Part shown: piece by piece, positions 1 to 9,884 of the stretch
Position numbering within the stretch: the first letter of the stretch is position 1
How the letters are laid out: every line of letters begins with the position of its first letter
Assembly: GCA_048940925.1 (NCBI GenBank)
Contig: JBHLOC010000005.1
Coordinates: forward strand, 66,687-130,686
Direction: 5' to 3'
From: Promethearchaeota archaeon
Lineage (GTDB): Archaea; Asgardarchaeota; Lokiarchaeia; Sigyniarchaeales; SOKP01
Length of the DNA: 64,000 nt
Made by a program: the position numbers and the translations under genes
Notes under the pieces: model-generated
Databases searched by the model: none
What the model was told of the DNA's origin: nothing
The model's input: only the letters and a program-made list of their open reading frames with translations

Positions 1-2
1 CT

Positions 3-827
3 CTACCCTTTTACTGCTCCTGTCATAAATCCTTTAATAAGAAATTTACCTAATACTAAATATACTATTAAAGCAGGTAATGTATACCATAATGTTCCTG
101 CCATTTGACGATTCCACAAAGCTACAAATCCTCCTTGTAAATTTGCAAGAGCAACCGAGGCGGGCATAGATTCAGTTCCTCTTGCTAATATTAACCCGAA
201 GAGAAAATCATTCCAAATACTTGTAAATTGAAATACTGCTGCAACAATAAAAGGCAATGCAGATAACGGCAATATTATCTTTTTATATATAGTCCACGTT
301 CCAGCACCATCAGTTTTAGCTGCTCTTATTATACTATCAGGTACACCATCGTAGAAACTCCTGAAAAGAAGTGTGCACATAGGAATACCATATGCCGTAT
401 GAGTGAGGATTAACCCCCATACAGTATTATATAATCCTAAAGCAACCATTGTTAAAATAAGTGGTATTAGAACGATTTGATAGGGTATAAAAATCCCTAA
501 GATTAGTAAAATGAAAACTGTGTTTGAACCTTTGAATTGTATTTTAGTTAATACAAAACCACAGATGGAACCTAACAAACAAGATAATATAGTAGCGACA
601 GATGTAAAAATAAAACTATTTATCAAAGGTCTTTGCATGATTTTAAAAGTTTCTGCTAAAGGCTCTAAAGTCGGAGATAAAGGAGGTTCTACTGGAATTG
701 TGCGAACTAAATCTTGTTCTGTTTTAAAAGCAGTCATAATACCAGCCCATAAAGGAAGCATCATTATTATCGCAATAAAAATCAACAAAATATAAAGAAT
801 TACTCGTCTAACTATTAATACGTTTAT
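3..827 (-). CDS. Carbohydrate ABC transporter permease (MalG-like)
   Basis: Six hydrophobic segments and EAA-loop variant 'SIIRAAKTDGAG'. The ORF track starts at TTG 788, but the frame is open to 839. An ATA at 827 overlaps the upstream TAA stop, follows GGAGG, and adds a typical 'RRVILYILL' N-terminus. Confidence 0.9.
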   Translation of the reverse strand: MNVLIVRRVILYILLIFIAIIMMLPLWAGIMTAFKTEQDLVRTIPVEPPLSPTLEPLAETFKIMQRPLINSFIFTSVATILSCLLGSICGFVLTKIQFKGSNTVFILLILGIFIPYQIVLIPLILTMVALGLYNTVWGLILTHTAYGIPMCTLLFRSFYDGVPDSIIRAAKTDGAGTWTIYKKIILPLSALPFIVAAVFQFTSIWNDFLFGLILARGTESMPASVALANLQGGFVALWNRQMAGTLWYTLPALIVYLVLGKFLIKGFMTGAVKG

Positions 828-1753
828 TTTGCTCCCCTCCTATATGTGATATAGAGATATGGAATTACTATTATCATGACTAATGAAAATAATACTGTGG
901 CTATGGCAGAGCCGTACGCAGGATGATTTGCAGCAAAAGTTTCTTTATACATTGTGAGTGGTAAAATCTCGGTTGCATAGCCAGGACCTCCATTAGTTAA
1001 TATGTATATGAAATCAAAAGCTTTTAGCGCAAATACCATGAGAACTACAAAGCCAGTGAATGTAGAAGTCTTTATTTGGGGAATAATAACACGAGTGTAC
1101 AACTGAAATCCAGATGCTCCATCTACCTGCGCAGCCATAATGTGAGATTCTGGAATCGAGCGAATTCCTGCTAAAAATATTATCATGGTGTATCCAGAAA
1201 ATTGCCAAGTAAGGGCAATAATCACAGAAAATAGTGCAAGATCAGAGTCTGATGTCCATCCTGGTTTCAAAAATCCAAGTCCAATTAATTTTAATAACGT
1301 ATTTATAACCCCTCTTTCTGCATTAAACATCCATCTCCATAAAAATCCAGTGACTATGAATGATAGAGCAAAAGGTAATAGATAAATCGTTCTAAAAACA
1401 CCCTCTCTCCTTACTTTTTGATCTAGAAGTATGGCTAAGAACAAACCTATTAATAAACTTAAAGGTACAAAAATAGCCATTAATACAAGATTGTTCCTTA
1501 AAGATGTTAAAAATACTTCATCAGTGAAGAGTTTAGCATACTGTTGAAAACCAACAATGTTATAGCTTTGTCTAAGGCCCTCCCAATCAGATAACGAGAC
1601 TATTAAATTCCATCCAATAGCAAAATATACAAAATATACCACAAGGAAAATGCAAAATAAGAATAAAAGCTGAATTATCAAATTCTCTTTTGAAAAGATA
1701 TACTTTTTTTGATAGATAAGGCTTTTTATTCTTTCAAATTTCTTTTCTTTCAT
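824..1753 (-). CDS. Carbohydrate ABC transporter permease (MalF-like, glucose/mannose type)
   Basis: Multiple TM segments, EAA-like 'IMAAQVDGASG', and 'ALKAFDFIYILTNGGPG' motif. Confidence 0.92.
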   Translation of the reverse strand: MKEKKFERIKSLIYQKKYIFSKENLIIQLLFLFCIFLVVYFVYFAIGWNLIVSLSDWEGLRQSYNIVGFQQYAKLFTDEVFLTSLRNNLVLMAIFVPLSLLIGLFLAILLDQKVRREGVFRTIYLLPFALSFIVTGFLWRWMFNAERGVINTLLKLIGLGFLKPGWTSDSDLALFSVIIALTWQFSGYTMIIFLAGIRSIPESHIMAAQVDGASGFQLYTRVIIPQIKTSTFTGFVVLMVFALKAFDFIYILTNGGPGYATEILPLTMYKETFAANHPAYGSAIATVLFSLVMIIVIPYLYITYRRGAK

Positions 1754-1820
1754 TAAATCACCTGAAATATAACTTAATTTAAATATTATTTAAAATTATC
1801 TAAAGTTTTTCTATAAAAAT

Positions 1821-1860
1821 AAAAAAAGGGGAAAGGATTAAATACTTATAATTTTCCCTT
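1821..1860 (-). terminator. Imperfect stem-loop plus U-tract after the binding-protein gene
   Basis: Minus strand reads AAGGGAAAA...TTTCCCCTT followed by a T run, between the binding-protein stop (1893) and the permease start (1753). Confidence 0.3.
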
Positions 1861-1892
1861 ACTAAAGTTAAATTATAATTTTCACCTTATAT

Positions 1893-3230
1893 TTAAGCTA
1901 AGCTCCATACTACTGTATATTCATCAATTATACTTTTTATATAATCAGTTATAGCTTTTGCTGCTTTATTTACATCTTTATCTTCTACAAATGCCGACAT
2001 TATATCATTTAATTTTACTTTAAATGCTTCAGGTGCTCCACTTCCATGAACTACACTAGGAAACATATATGGGACTTTCTTAAAGTCGGCGACAGCGGCT
2101 TTTTGATACGCTCCGTATTTAGAGAGGTCTGAATCAGTACGAGCTGATATCGATCCTTTAAGAGGATTAAAAGCATCTTGACCTGCTTTAGAACCTACAA
2201 CTTCTAACCATCTATCTGAATTTTTAGGGTGTGCTACATTCTTTGGATGCTGGAAACAATCTATTACAAGACCGTACATATCACCTGTTCCTGGAGGCGC
2301 AAATGTGCCATATTCGACACCATATGTATAATTCGCAACAGCAGGACCGAATTCTCCATTTGCCCAATCTCCCATGATATTAAAGGCACTTTCATTATTA
2401 ATAATTGCTGCTGTTGCTGCGTCCCAAGTTAAATCAGGTGATTCTTTGGTATCAACAAATCCTAGATACTCTTTGAAGGTAGTAAGTGCGCTTACTAAAT
2501 CTTCATCATCAGCTGAAGTAATTTTTCCATTTATATAGTCTTCATAAACATCAATTCCCTCGCTAGCAAGGATTTGCTCAAAAGCATGTGCTGCAGTCCA
2601 ATCTTGACCCATACTTATGGGATGAGCAATCCCACCATCATCATGTAATACAGTACAAGCATTAAAGAAAGCAGTCCAAGTAGTTAATTTTTCAGGATCA
2701 ATATTGTTATCTTCAAGTAATTTTGCACTATACCATACTACATTAGCTCTATGGATGTTAACTGGCATAGAATAATAATGCCCACCAAATTTATTCATGC
2801 TTTGTACTACATCTGGAATAACATTCTTTAAATCAGCAGTCCATAAATCATCTATAGGTTCTAGTAAATTCGCGTCATAATAGGGTACACCCTCATAGCC
2901 AGCATGCATTTGAAATGCATCCGGAGCTTCTCCCGCAAGGACTAGGGATTTAATAACTCCTAACATTGTAAATCCTGCTCCACCTGACACTGGACTTTGT
3001 ATGACAGCTACATCAGGATATTCTTCTTGAAAAACTCCAACAAGCGCTGCAATAGCTGCTGCTTCTCCTCCTGAAGTCCACCAATGGTATATCTCAAGTG
3101 CATCTACTTTTTTTTCAGGTTGGGATAAAACAGCATAAGTTACGCCACCTGCCACTCCACCTACTACTATTGCAGTAATTATTATTGCAATAGCTATTTT
3201 TCCTTTTGATGATAATTCCATTTTCATCAA
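1893..3230 (-). CDS. Sugar ABC transporter substrate-binding protein (glucose-binding type), N-terminal membrane anchor
   Basis: 'EIYHWWTSGGEAAA', 'PVNIHRANVVWY', 'NIMGDWA' and 'AFNPLKGSI' motifs; hydrophobic N-terminal helix; upstream of two permeases. Confidence 0.92.
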   Translation of the reverse strand: MMKMELSSKGKIAIAIIITAIVVGGVAGGVTYAVLSQPEKKVDALEIYHWWTSGGEAAAIAALVGVFQEEYPDVAVIQSPVSGGAGFTMLGVIKSLVLAGEAPDAFQMHAGYEGVPYYDANLLEPIDDLWTADLKNVIPDVVQSMNKFGGHYYSMPVNIHRANVVWYSAKLLEDNNIDPEKLTTWTAFFNACTVLHDDGGIAHPISMGQDWTAAHAFEQILASEGIDVYEDYINGKITSADDEDLVSALTTFKEYLGFVDTKESPDLTWDAATAAIINNESAFNIMGDWANGEFGPAVANYTYGVEYGTFAPPGTGDMYGLVIDCFQHPKNVAHPKNSDRWLEVVGSKAGQDAFNPLKGSISARTDSDLSKYGAYQKAAVADFKKVPYMFPSVVHGSGAPEAFKVKLNDIMSAFVEDKDVNKAAKAITDYIKSIIDEYTVVWSLA

Positions 3231-3382
3231 TCTCTCTTAATTATTTTTTTTAGGATAAATTGACTTGTTGTCAGATTTACCTTTCTCCCATTCTTTAAAA
3301 GCTTTACTTTTTTTTTTTGAGATCTTTTGACATAACTAAATAAGTATTAACTAAATTATTTTTTTTAGATATAATATCGCAG

Positions 3383-3808
3383 TTAATATTCTAAAATTAG
3401 AGTTTTTTTATACTGCTTTATCTTTGAAGTAAGAATTCGTTCAATTATATCTGAGAATGAACTAAATTGAGATATTTCACCATTGAAATCCGTTAAAACT
3501 TCTTTATATTTTTCTAAAAAGATTTCAATAATAATTTCCGCTATATCTTCTAACGTTTTCTTGTCAAGAGTCTTATTTTCACACTTCATTACTAAATGAA
3601 AATTAGATTTATGAGTATAGAAGAAAAACATATAACTATCAAGTGTTAACATACGTAGACTTTCTTTAAAACTCTGTTTAGTAAAGCGACATATTACATC
3701 AAAATAACTTGCTAAAGATTGTTTATCATCCATTTTATGATTTTTTATGAAATCATGATAAAATAAAGCTATTCCTGCTTGATTAATAATCATTATTTCC
3801 TGAATCAT
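3383..3808 (-). CDS. Longin-like domain protein (Asgard type)
   Basis: 141 aa with N-terminal beta hairpin 'IMIINQAGIALFY', a helix, three strands and a C-terminal 'F..KY....F.G....F..F...I' pattern typical of Asgard longin-like proteins. Confidence 0.65.
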   Translation of the reverse strand: MIQEIMIINQAGIALFYHDFIKNHKMDDKQSLASYFDVICRFTKQSFKESLRMLTLDSYMFFFYTHKSNFHLVMKCENKTLDKKTLEDIAEIIIEIFLEKYKEVLTDFNGEISQFSSFSDIIERILTSKIKQYKKTLILEY

Positions 3809-4158
3809 AATTGTTTAACTTTTAAGATATAATGGATTTTTCTATTCAACTAACCCTTGAGAATAGATGCTATTAGAATTGGTACATCTAACTTATAGAA
3901 CAATAAATTTTTAAACTTTTATTTTAAGAATTATTAACCTCTTAGCAAACGATTACATAGCATAAATTGCACATAACGAATATTTAAATGTAATACTATC
4001 ATACAATAATAATTAGGAGTGCTTTTTTGTCGGAAACTTTCATTAAAATCAATTTAAATTATTTTAATGCCGTTTTAAGCTATTTTATAATTTTTTTAGT
4101 TAATTATAGAAATATTTAATGGTTACTCTTTACTAAGGTATCTAATTATAAATCACTG

Positions 4159-4359
4159 GTGTTTAAACTGACATGGGGAGGTTCCCTTAATAAAGAGGGT
4201 TCTGATTATATTAAAAAACTTAGGGAAGCAGATAAAGTAATATTGTTGTTTTTAGAAAGCATGAAAAAGGATTTGAATCAAGAAGAACAAGCAAAAATCT
4301 CTAAAACAGTTGAAATAATAGTAGATTATATTTCTAAAATTTCAGAGAAAAAAGAATAA
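4159..4359 (+). CDS. Small helical hypothetical protein (start uncertain)
   Basis: Amphipathic, charged 66-aa ORF that fills the gap and converges on the next gene. GGAGG at 4177-4181 suggests the true start is further downstream. Confidence 0.5.
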   Translation: MFKLTWGGSLNKEGSDYIKKLREADKVILLFLESMKKDLNQEEQAKISKTVEIIVDYISKISEKKE

Positions 4360-4363
4360 CATT

Positions 4364-4933
4364 TTAGATTTTCTTCATAATGTATTTAATGATATCTATA
4401 ATTTGATCTGCTGCGTTTTGAATTGTCTCTGTGAGATGAAAATCAAAAAACGGAAGATCTATATTCTCGCTTCTCTCCTCGAGAGAGATTTCATTTTTCT
4501 TATACAAATCCAACTCTGTGAATCCTTCAAGACTTTCTGGTACAAAACCTATCATAAAAACTTGTAACTTTGGTAATTTTTGCAACAATAAATCAATAAC
4601 TACATTAACTGGTAACGTATGAGAGGATATTGGGACAAGTTCCTTAATATTCTCACGTTCTATTATAGATACCGTGCCAGCAGGTTCATTGAGGGTACAT
4701 GTATCTAATATTACTAAGTGTGATGGTTGAAATTCAAAGACATCATCAATTCTATTCATTGGATCAATGCCCGCATTTATGAACAAAAATTTTTCATTAG
4801 AATATTCTAAGAGTTCACTTATTATATAAACACCTATTGCGTCGTCTCTAAGCTTTTCTTCACCTATACCCATGAAAGCTATTTTATTAGCTCTATGCAA
4901 TTTTTTTAAAAGTATCCCAATTAGCTCTTTCAT
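4364..4933 (-). CDS. hycI: Hydrogenase maturation protease (HycI-like)
   Basis: 'GIGEEKLRDDAIG', 'VILD' and 'ISSHTLP' motifs. Confidence 0.8.
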   Translation of the reverse strand: MKELIGILLKKLHRANKIAFMGIGEEKLRDDAIGVYIISELLEYSNEKFLFINAGIDPMNRIDDVFEFQPSHLVILDTCTLNEPAGTVSIIERENIKELVPISSHTLPVNVVIDLLLQKLPKLQVFMIGFVPESLEGFTELDLYKKNEISLEERSENIDLPFFDFHLTETIQNAADQIIDIIKYIMKKI

Positions 4934-5060
4934 AATGAGGCAATATTATTTTGAATATTATAATGATCCATAGCTATTCTAATTAATCAAAAAAAGAGTT
5001 GTAAAATTATATGCAATTCCATTGATTTATTTTAAAAATAATAAAAACAATGAAAAATGC

Positions 5061-6113
5061 CTAGATTACCTGTTCAATTGGAATTTTCTTAATTGTATGA
5101 AAAGCAGCAGTTAGACATTTTTCTGCATCATTCACAATAGTATTGATTATATTGGATACACTCTCTACTCTTGTAATAAGTCCAATACTTTGCCCTATAT
5201 ATACAGTACCATCTTCAACATTACCTTCATAAGTCATTTCCAGTTCTGCTAGTTCCCTTTCTACATTGGACATCGAAGTCTCTCCAGCTCTTTTTTCTTC
5301 TTTACTTTTGACAAGTTCTTGGTTTTCAGCCCTTGTATTCTTCCATACCCTCGCAGGTCCAAAAATTCCAGTTTTTAGTTCAGTGTCAGAAGCAGTGGAA
5401 TGAATTACGACATTTTTATATTTTTCATGAAATTCACATTCTTTTGAAGCTATAAATCTGGATCCCATAGCAATTGCTCCTGCACCCATAGATATGGCAG
5501 AAGCTAAGCCTTCACCCGTGGCAAATCCTCCAGACGCAATTATAGGAACATTCGGTAATTCTTTTCTTATCTGTTGTAAAAGAACTAAAGTACTTACATT
5601 ATCATAGGATTGATGTCCTCCACCTTCAGTTCCAGTAATAATCAACCCATCGACTCCACTATTAACCAGTTTTTTAGCGAGATATGATGAAGGAGCAACA
5701 TGGAAATGCTTAATATTTGAACCACTCTCCTTTAATTTTTCAAAGTGTTTATTATAAATCATTCTTGGGGAACCTGCACTTGTAACTATATAGATACACT
5801 GTTCTTTTATTTTTGGATTTTCCATGATAAATCTTGGAAGTTGTCTGCACAATTTTATTGCATCTGGCTGTAATCTAGCCGTTCTGATGTTAAATCCGAA
5901 AGGCTTATCAGTATGTTCAACAACGTACTCCATACTTTTTTTCATTTCATCAAGAGTTATAGTTCCATGTAAAGTAACATGACTTAAAACACCTAATCCA
6001 CCTGCTTCAGATACGGCAACAGTTAATTTAGTAGTATAAAAAGGGCCCATTGGAGCACTTAATATTGGATGTTTAATCCCAAGCATTTTTGTAATATTCG
6101 TTTCGATTACCAT
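5061..6113 (-). CDS. Nitronate monooxygenase / FabK-like flavin oxidoreductase
   Basis: 'PILSAPMG', 'VSEAGGLG', 'GTEGGGH', 'IASGG' and 'MGSRF' motifs. Confidence 0.88.
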   Translation of the reverse strand: MVIETNITKMLGIKHPILSAPMGPFYTTKLTVAVSEAGGLGVLSHVTLHGTITLDEMKKSMEYVVEHTDKPFGFNIRTARLQPDAIKLCRQLPRFIMENPKIKEQCIYIVTSAGSPRMIYNKHFEKLKESGSNIKHFHVAPSSYLAKKLVNSGVDGLIITGTEGGGHQSYDNVSTLVLLQQIRKELPNVPIIASGGFATGEGLASAISMGAGAIAMGSRFIASKECEFHEKYKNVVIHSTASDTELKTGIFGPARVWKNTRAENQELVKSKEEKRAGETSMSNVERELAELEMTYEGNVEDGTVYIGQSIGLITRVESVSNIINTIVNDAEKCLTAAFHTIKKIPIEQVI

Positions 6114-6554
6114 TCTTAATCACTAACTTTTATTATAAAAGTCTTTAATTTATTAAATCAAATCTTCAATTAATAAATTAAATATTTAGTTATTTTTATC
6201 AACAGGTTATTTATAAAACTTTTACATGAAAACACAATATCAAAAGTATGAAATTTTAAGAGATATTATTAAAAATTTTTATAAATTTTATTAAATATGA
6301 AAATTTAGGTAATCTTATTAAAATAAATAGTGCTATTTTATTCAAGCAGAAGGATTTTCGAATTCAAACAAATTTCTTCAATCAATTTCAATCTGAAACT
6401 TCTTATTTTATGTGAAAATTGTAAGATGGAACGAGAAAAATTAGTGAATTATCAAGTTAAATAATAAATACTTCTTAGAAGGTTAAGATTTTTTCAAATT
6501 TATTAGAAGATGGCATAAATTCATTAATTATTATACATTTTTAATAACTATTAC

Positions 6555-7157
6555 ATGACAGAAGAATCGATTGAAAAAGCGGAGAAACTACAATTCGAGG
6601 GAGTTATCGAAGAAGATAAAGTTATTGTCTCTGATAAAAGAGGAATTGACGAATTTTACAATTCATCCTATATTGGGACTCTCACAAAAAATAATGAAGG
6701 AAATGAAGTTTTAATTTTTGATGCTATCGAAGTATTACTTCTATGCGAAAGAAATAGAATCCTCTTATGGGAAGAAAACGATAAAGGTAAAACCCAATAT
6801 GATTTTGAGGGTTTGTTATTGTATTTCACTCATTATGATGAGAGATTATGGCATAAATATATAATCTATATGGATCTAAGAAAAAGAGGATATATCGTCC
6901 GAACTGGCTATGGAAATGGAATAGAATTTCGTGTTTTTAAGAGAGGAGCTGATTTTGAAAAGGATACAGCGAAATTTTTGATATATCCTGTATTTGAAGG
7001 AGAACCTATAGAATTAAGGGATTTAGATAAAATGTCAAGAGTAGCCATGAGTTCACGTAAAGATTTAATTGTAGCAACTGTAGATAGATTAAGCAAACCA
7101 ATATATTATAGTGTAAAGAAATTCCAGATTCTAAATATAGAAGATAATTTAGAATAA
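6555..7157 (+). CDS. endA: tRNA-intron endonuclease subunit, probably the structural (non-catalytic) subunit
   Basis: 'IYMDLRKRGYIVRTG' signature. The catalytic Tyr position reads F ('EFRVF') and no His appears before 'AKFLI'. Confidence 0.8.
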   Translation: MTEESIEKAEKLQFEGVIEEDKVIVSDKRGIDEFYNSSYIGTLTKNNEGNEVLIFDAIEVLLLCERNRILLWEENDKGKTQYDFEGLLLYFTHYDERLWHKYIIYMDLRKRGYIVRTGYGNGIEFRVFKRGADFEKDTAKFLIYPVFEGEPIELRDLDKMSRVAMSSRKDLIVATVDRLSKPIYYSVKKFQILNIEDNLE

Positions 7158-7173
7158 GATAATTAATTTTTAT

Positions 7174-8859
7174 TTGAAAATAGTAAAGAATGGAACGAAG
7201 ATGCCTGATAAGTTTGTTTGTGATACCTCAGTTATTTTTAATGGAATGATTCTTGATTTAATTGAAAATGGCGAGCTTGGGGAATATCCTGAGATATTGA
7301 TCCCCAATATAGTAATTGCTGAAATTGAATATAGGACAAATATTCATAAAGAAATTGGATTTTATGGTTTAAATGTTTTAAAGACATTAAGAGAATTAAA
7401 TGAGGAAGGCACAATAAGGCTTCAGATAGTTGGCAAGCGTCCTACTAGAGAAGAAATAAAAATGGCACCAGGAGGGGAACTTGATGCCCTCATAAGAGAA
7501 ACTACGCTGAAAAATAAAGGGGTATTAATAACTGCAGATAGGATTCAAGGTGAAGTAGGTATTTTTGAAGGTGTAGAAGTTTTTTTTGTAAAAGAAAGAG
7601 GAATCCATAAACCAAAAGAACCACTCTCTCTTAAATTGCTGGAATATTTCGATGATAAGACTATGAGTGTTCATCTTAAAAAGAATTTACCTGCATATGC
7701 TAAGAGGGGCTCACCTGGAAATTGGAAATTAGAAAAGATTAACAATGAAATCATTAATCCCAAACTCATCGAAGATATCGCTTTTGAAATTATTGAGAAT
7801 GTAAGAGAAGATAATCATTCATTTATTGAAATTGAAAAAATGGGTGCTGTTGTTGCCCAACTGCGAGAATTCAGAATAGTAATCACCAGACCTCCCTTTT
7901 CTAATGATGTTGAGATAACAGCAGTTCGACCACTTGTAAATTTAAAATTATCAGATTATTCAATAGATGATAAATTGAGATATCGGATACAAAAGGCTGA
8001 AGGTATACTAGTGTGTGGATCTCCCGGAGCAGGAAAAAGTACTTTCTGTGCAGCATTAGCTAATTATTACTTAAGTCAAAATAAAGTTGTTAAAACACTT
8101 GAGAGTGTACGGGATCTACAGGTTCAACCAGAAATAACTCAATATACAAAATTAGAAGGTAGTCTTGAGAATTCAGCAGACATTCTTTTACTTGTTCGTC
8201 CTGATTTCACAATTTTCGATGAGGTAAGAACTACCAAAGATTTTGAAGTATATGCAGATTTTCGTTTATCTGGAGTTGGTATGGTTGGTGTCGTTCACTC
8301 ATCTTCTGCAATAGATGCTATTCAAAGGTTTATTGGTCGTATAGAACTTGGAATGCTACCTTCTATTATTGATACAATTATTTTTATCGAAGGCGGTGAT
8401 ATTACAACGGTTTTAGTTATTAAAATGACTGTTAAAGTGCCTTCGGGTTTAAGAGATAAGGATTTAGCGAGACCTGTAGTAGAAGTAAGAAATTATAAAA
8501 CGGGTCAACTTGAGTTTGAAATTTATTCTTTTGGACAAGATATTGTGATAAATCCAATTAGATCTAAAAAGTCACATTATCGAACTGATCAATATATAGA
8601 CTTATTTACTTATAAAAAGAGCAGATCAAAAAAAGATAGGATTAATATCGACATTGAAGCAAGGAAAGATAGAATAATTCTAAAAGCTGCGCCAAAATAT
8701 GCGAGTCAAAATATTATTGTGTATGCTGACCAAGAAGAAATTTTTACGGGATCATTAAGTAGGAAAAGTGAAATAAATTTATCATTAACTAATAAAGAAG
8801 GAAGGAGAATTCTTAAAGAATTTGATAAAAATAAGGATATTTATGCTAGACAAAAATAA
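7174..8859 (+). CDS. PINA-type ATPase (PIN domain + PilT/VirB11-like ATPase)
   Basis: N-terminal PIN 'VCDTSVI', Walker A 'GSPGAGKST', 'LLVRPDFTIFDEVR' and 'GRIELGMLP'. ATG 7201 is an alternative start. Confidence 0.9.
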   Translation: MKIVKNGTKMPDKFVCDTSVIFNGMILDLIENGELGEYPEILIPNIVIAEIEYRTNIHKEIGFYGLNVLKTLRELNEEGTIRLQIVGKRPTREEIKMAPGGELDALIRETTLKNKGVLITADRIQGEVGIFEGVEVFFVKERGIHKPKEPLSLKLLEYFDDKTMSVHLKKNLPAYAKRGSPGNWKLEKINNEIINPKLIEDIAFEIIENVREDNHSFIEIEKMGAVVAQLREFRIVITRPPFSNDVEITAVRPLVNLKLSDYSIDDKLRYRIQKAEGILVCGSPGAGKSTFCAALANYYLSQNKVVKTLESVRDLQVQPEITQYTKLEGSLENSADILLLVRPDFTIFDEVRTTKDFEVYADFRLSGVGMVGVVHSSSAIDAIQRFIGRIELGMLPSIIDTIIFIEGGDITTVLVIKMTVKVPSGLRDKDLARPVVEVRNYKTGQLEFEIYSFGQDIVINPIRSKKSHYRTDQYIDLFTYKKSRSKKDRINIDIEARKDRIILKAAPKYASQNIIVYADQEEIFTGSLSRKSEINLSLTNKEGRRILKEFDKNKDIYARQK

Positions 8860-9035
8860 GTGTTAAAAATTAAATATATTGTATTTTTTTTGCACCTTTA
8901 ATCTATTTAGTAGAGCTTCGTAAAAATCATTTTCAAGCTTATCATCAAATAGACAAAAATTTATCCAAAAATGAGTATGAAACCTTTACCTATTTTTAAT
9001 TTCAAGTTATAGGTGTGTTCTTTTTTGTTTTTAAT

Positions 9036-9575
9036 CTATTCATCTGAATGGGCTATAAAAATCATCTGATCCATGATATAACCCCATGGATCTGAATGTC
9101 CGTCAATTTTATCGGCAGGAGGATTTTCTAAACTAAATCGAATATGTGCTATTTGTCCGAAATGATGGATAGCATGCATTGAAGTCCTGTAAATTTTCCA
9201 AGCAAGAGTCCCTCTTCTCCTCAAATTTTGATAATTTTCATCTTCCCACTCCGGAATTCTTAGATTTAGATCATCATTATCTGCATTATCAATTAGTTCG
9301 AGTATAATAGGCTCGTGTTTTTTAAAACTATTAACTAAATCATTAAAGTAGATTTCTTTCGAAAAATATTCAAATGATTCATCCTTTATCATTTTATACC
9401 AATAAGCCTCCGCATTAAGAATATGTCTTAGATAACTCTCAATTGATCTTGCTTTTGTATTCTCTGGAATCCAAGTCGCTTCATTTTCTTTTAAACCTTC
9501 CAACATGCGATTTCCATAAAGTCTGATAGTTTTCACAACCTCTTTCAATTCCTTTTTTGTAGTTTTTCTGACCAT
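9036..9575 (-). CDS. DinB/YfiT-like four-helix bundle protein
   Basis: 'SIESYLRHILNAEAYW' and 'HAIHHFGQI' His motifs. ATG 9575 is preferred over TTG 9617. Confidence 0.8.
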   Translation of the reverse strand: MVRKTTKKELKEVVKTIRLYGNRMLEGLKENEATWIPENTKARSIESYLRHILNAEAYWYKMIKDESFEYFSKEIYFNDLVNSFKKHEPIILELIDNADNDDLNLRIPEWEDENYQNLRRRGTLAWKIYRTSMHAIHHFGQIAHIRFSLENPPADKIDGHSDPWGYIMDQMIFIAHSDE

Positions 9576-9884
9576 TTTTAAGCACTTTGTTACAGTATTA
9601 GATTGCAATTTTTTCAAATTAATAAAGATTACTACATTCTATTGTTAAACAATAGTTGTGAGACTAATCTATAAGTGTTGGAACGATTTTAAAGATGAAT
9701 TGAAGAGGATATAATATTTCTGCTGAAAACTAATTAATTCTCAGATTTGCTACTTTATGTTTAACCTCCCATCTTCGAAAGTAAAGTTTTTTATCTTTTT
9801 AATTTGGTTTTAATTAATCATATTATCATGAAATGAATCTTAATTAGAATTTGATCGAGCTTTTTTATCAATTTTAAAGGTACA

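Noticed and set aside
3841-3890. Two adjacent short inverted repeats (TCTATTC/GAATAGA and TAGATG/CATCTA) as a possible ncRNA or SECIS
   Set aside because: The arms are short, AT-rich and overlapping, and no neighbouring gene shows an in-frame TGA suggesting selenocysteine.
4177-4188. CTT at 4186 as a third non-canonical start after GGAGG
   Set aside because: The spacing is short and there is no homology evidence to fix the N-terminus.
4364-4933. Hydrogenase gene cluster
   Set aside because: Only the maturation protease is present; no hydrogenase subunit genes lie in the window.
9620-9880. Possible pseudogene fragment between the DinB-like gene and Sir2 copy 1
   Set aside because: Only very short open stretches and no recognisable motif.
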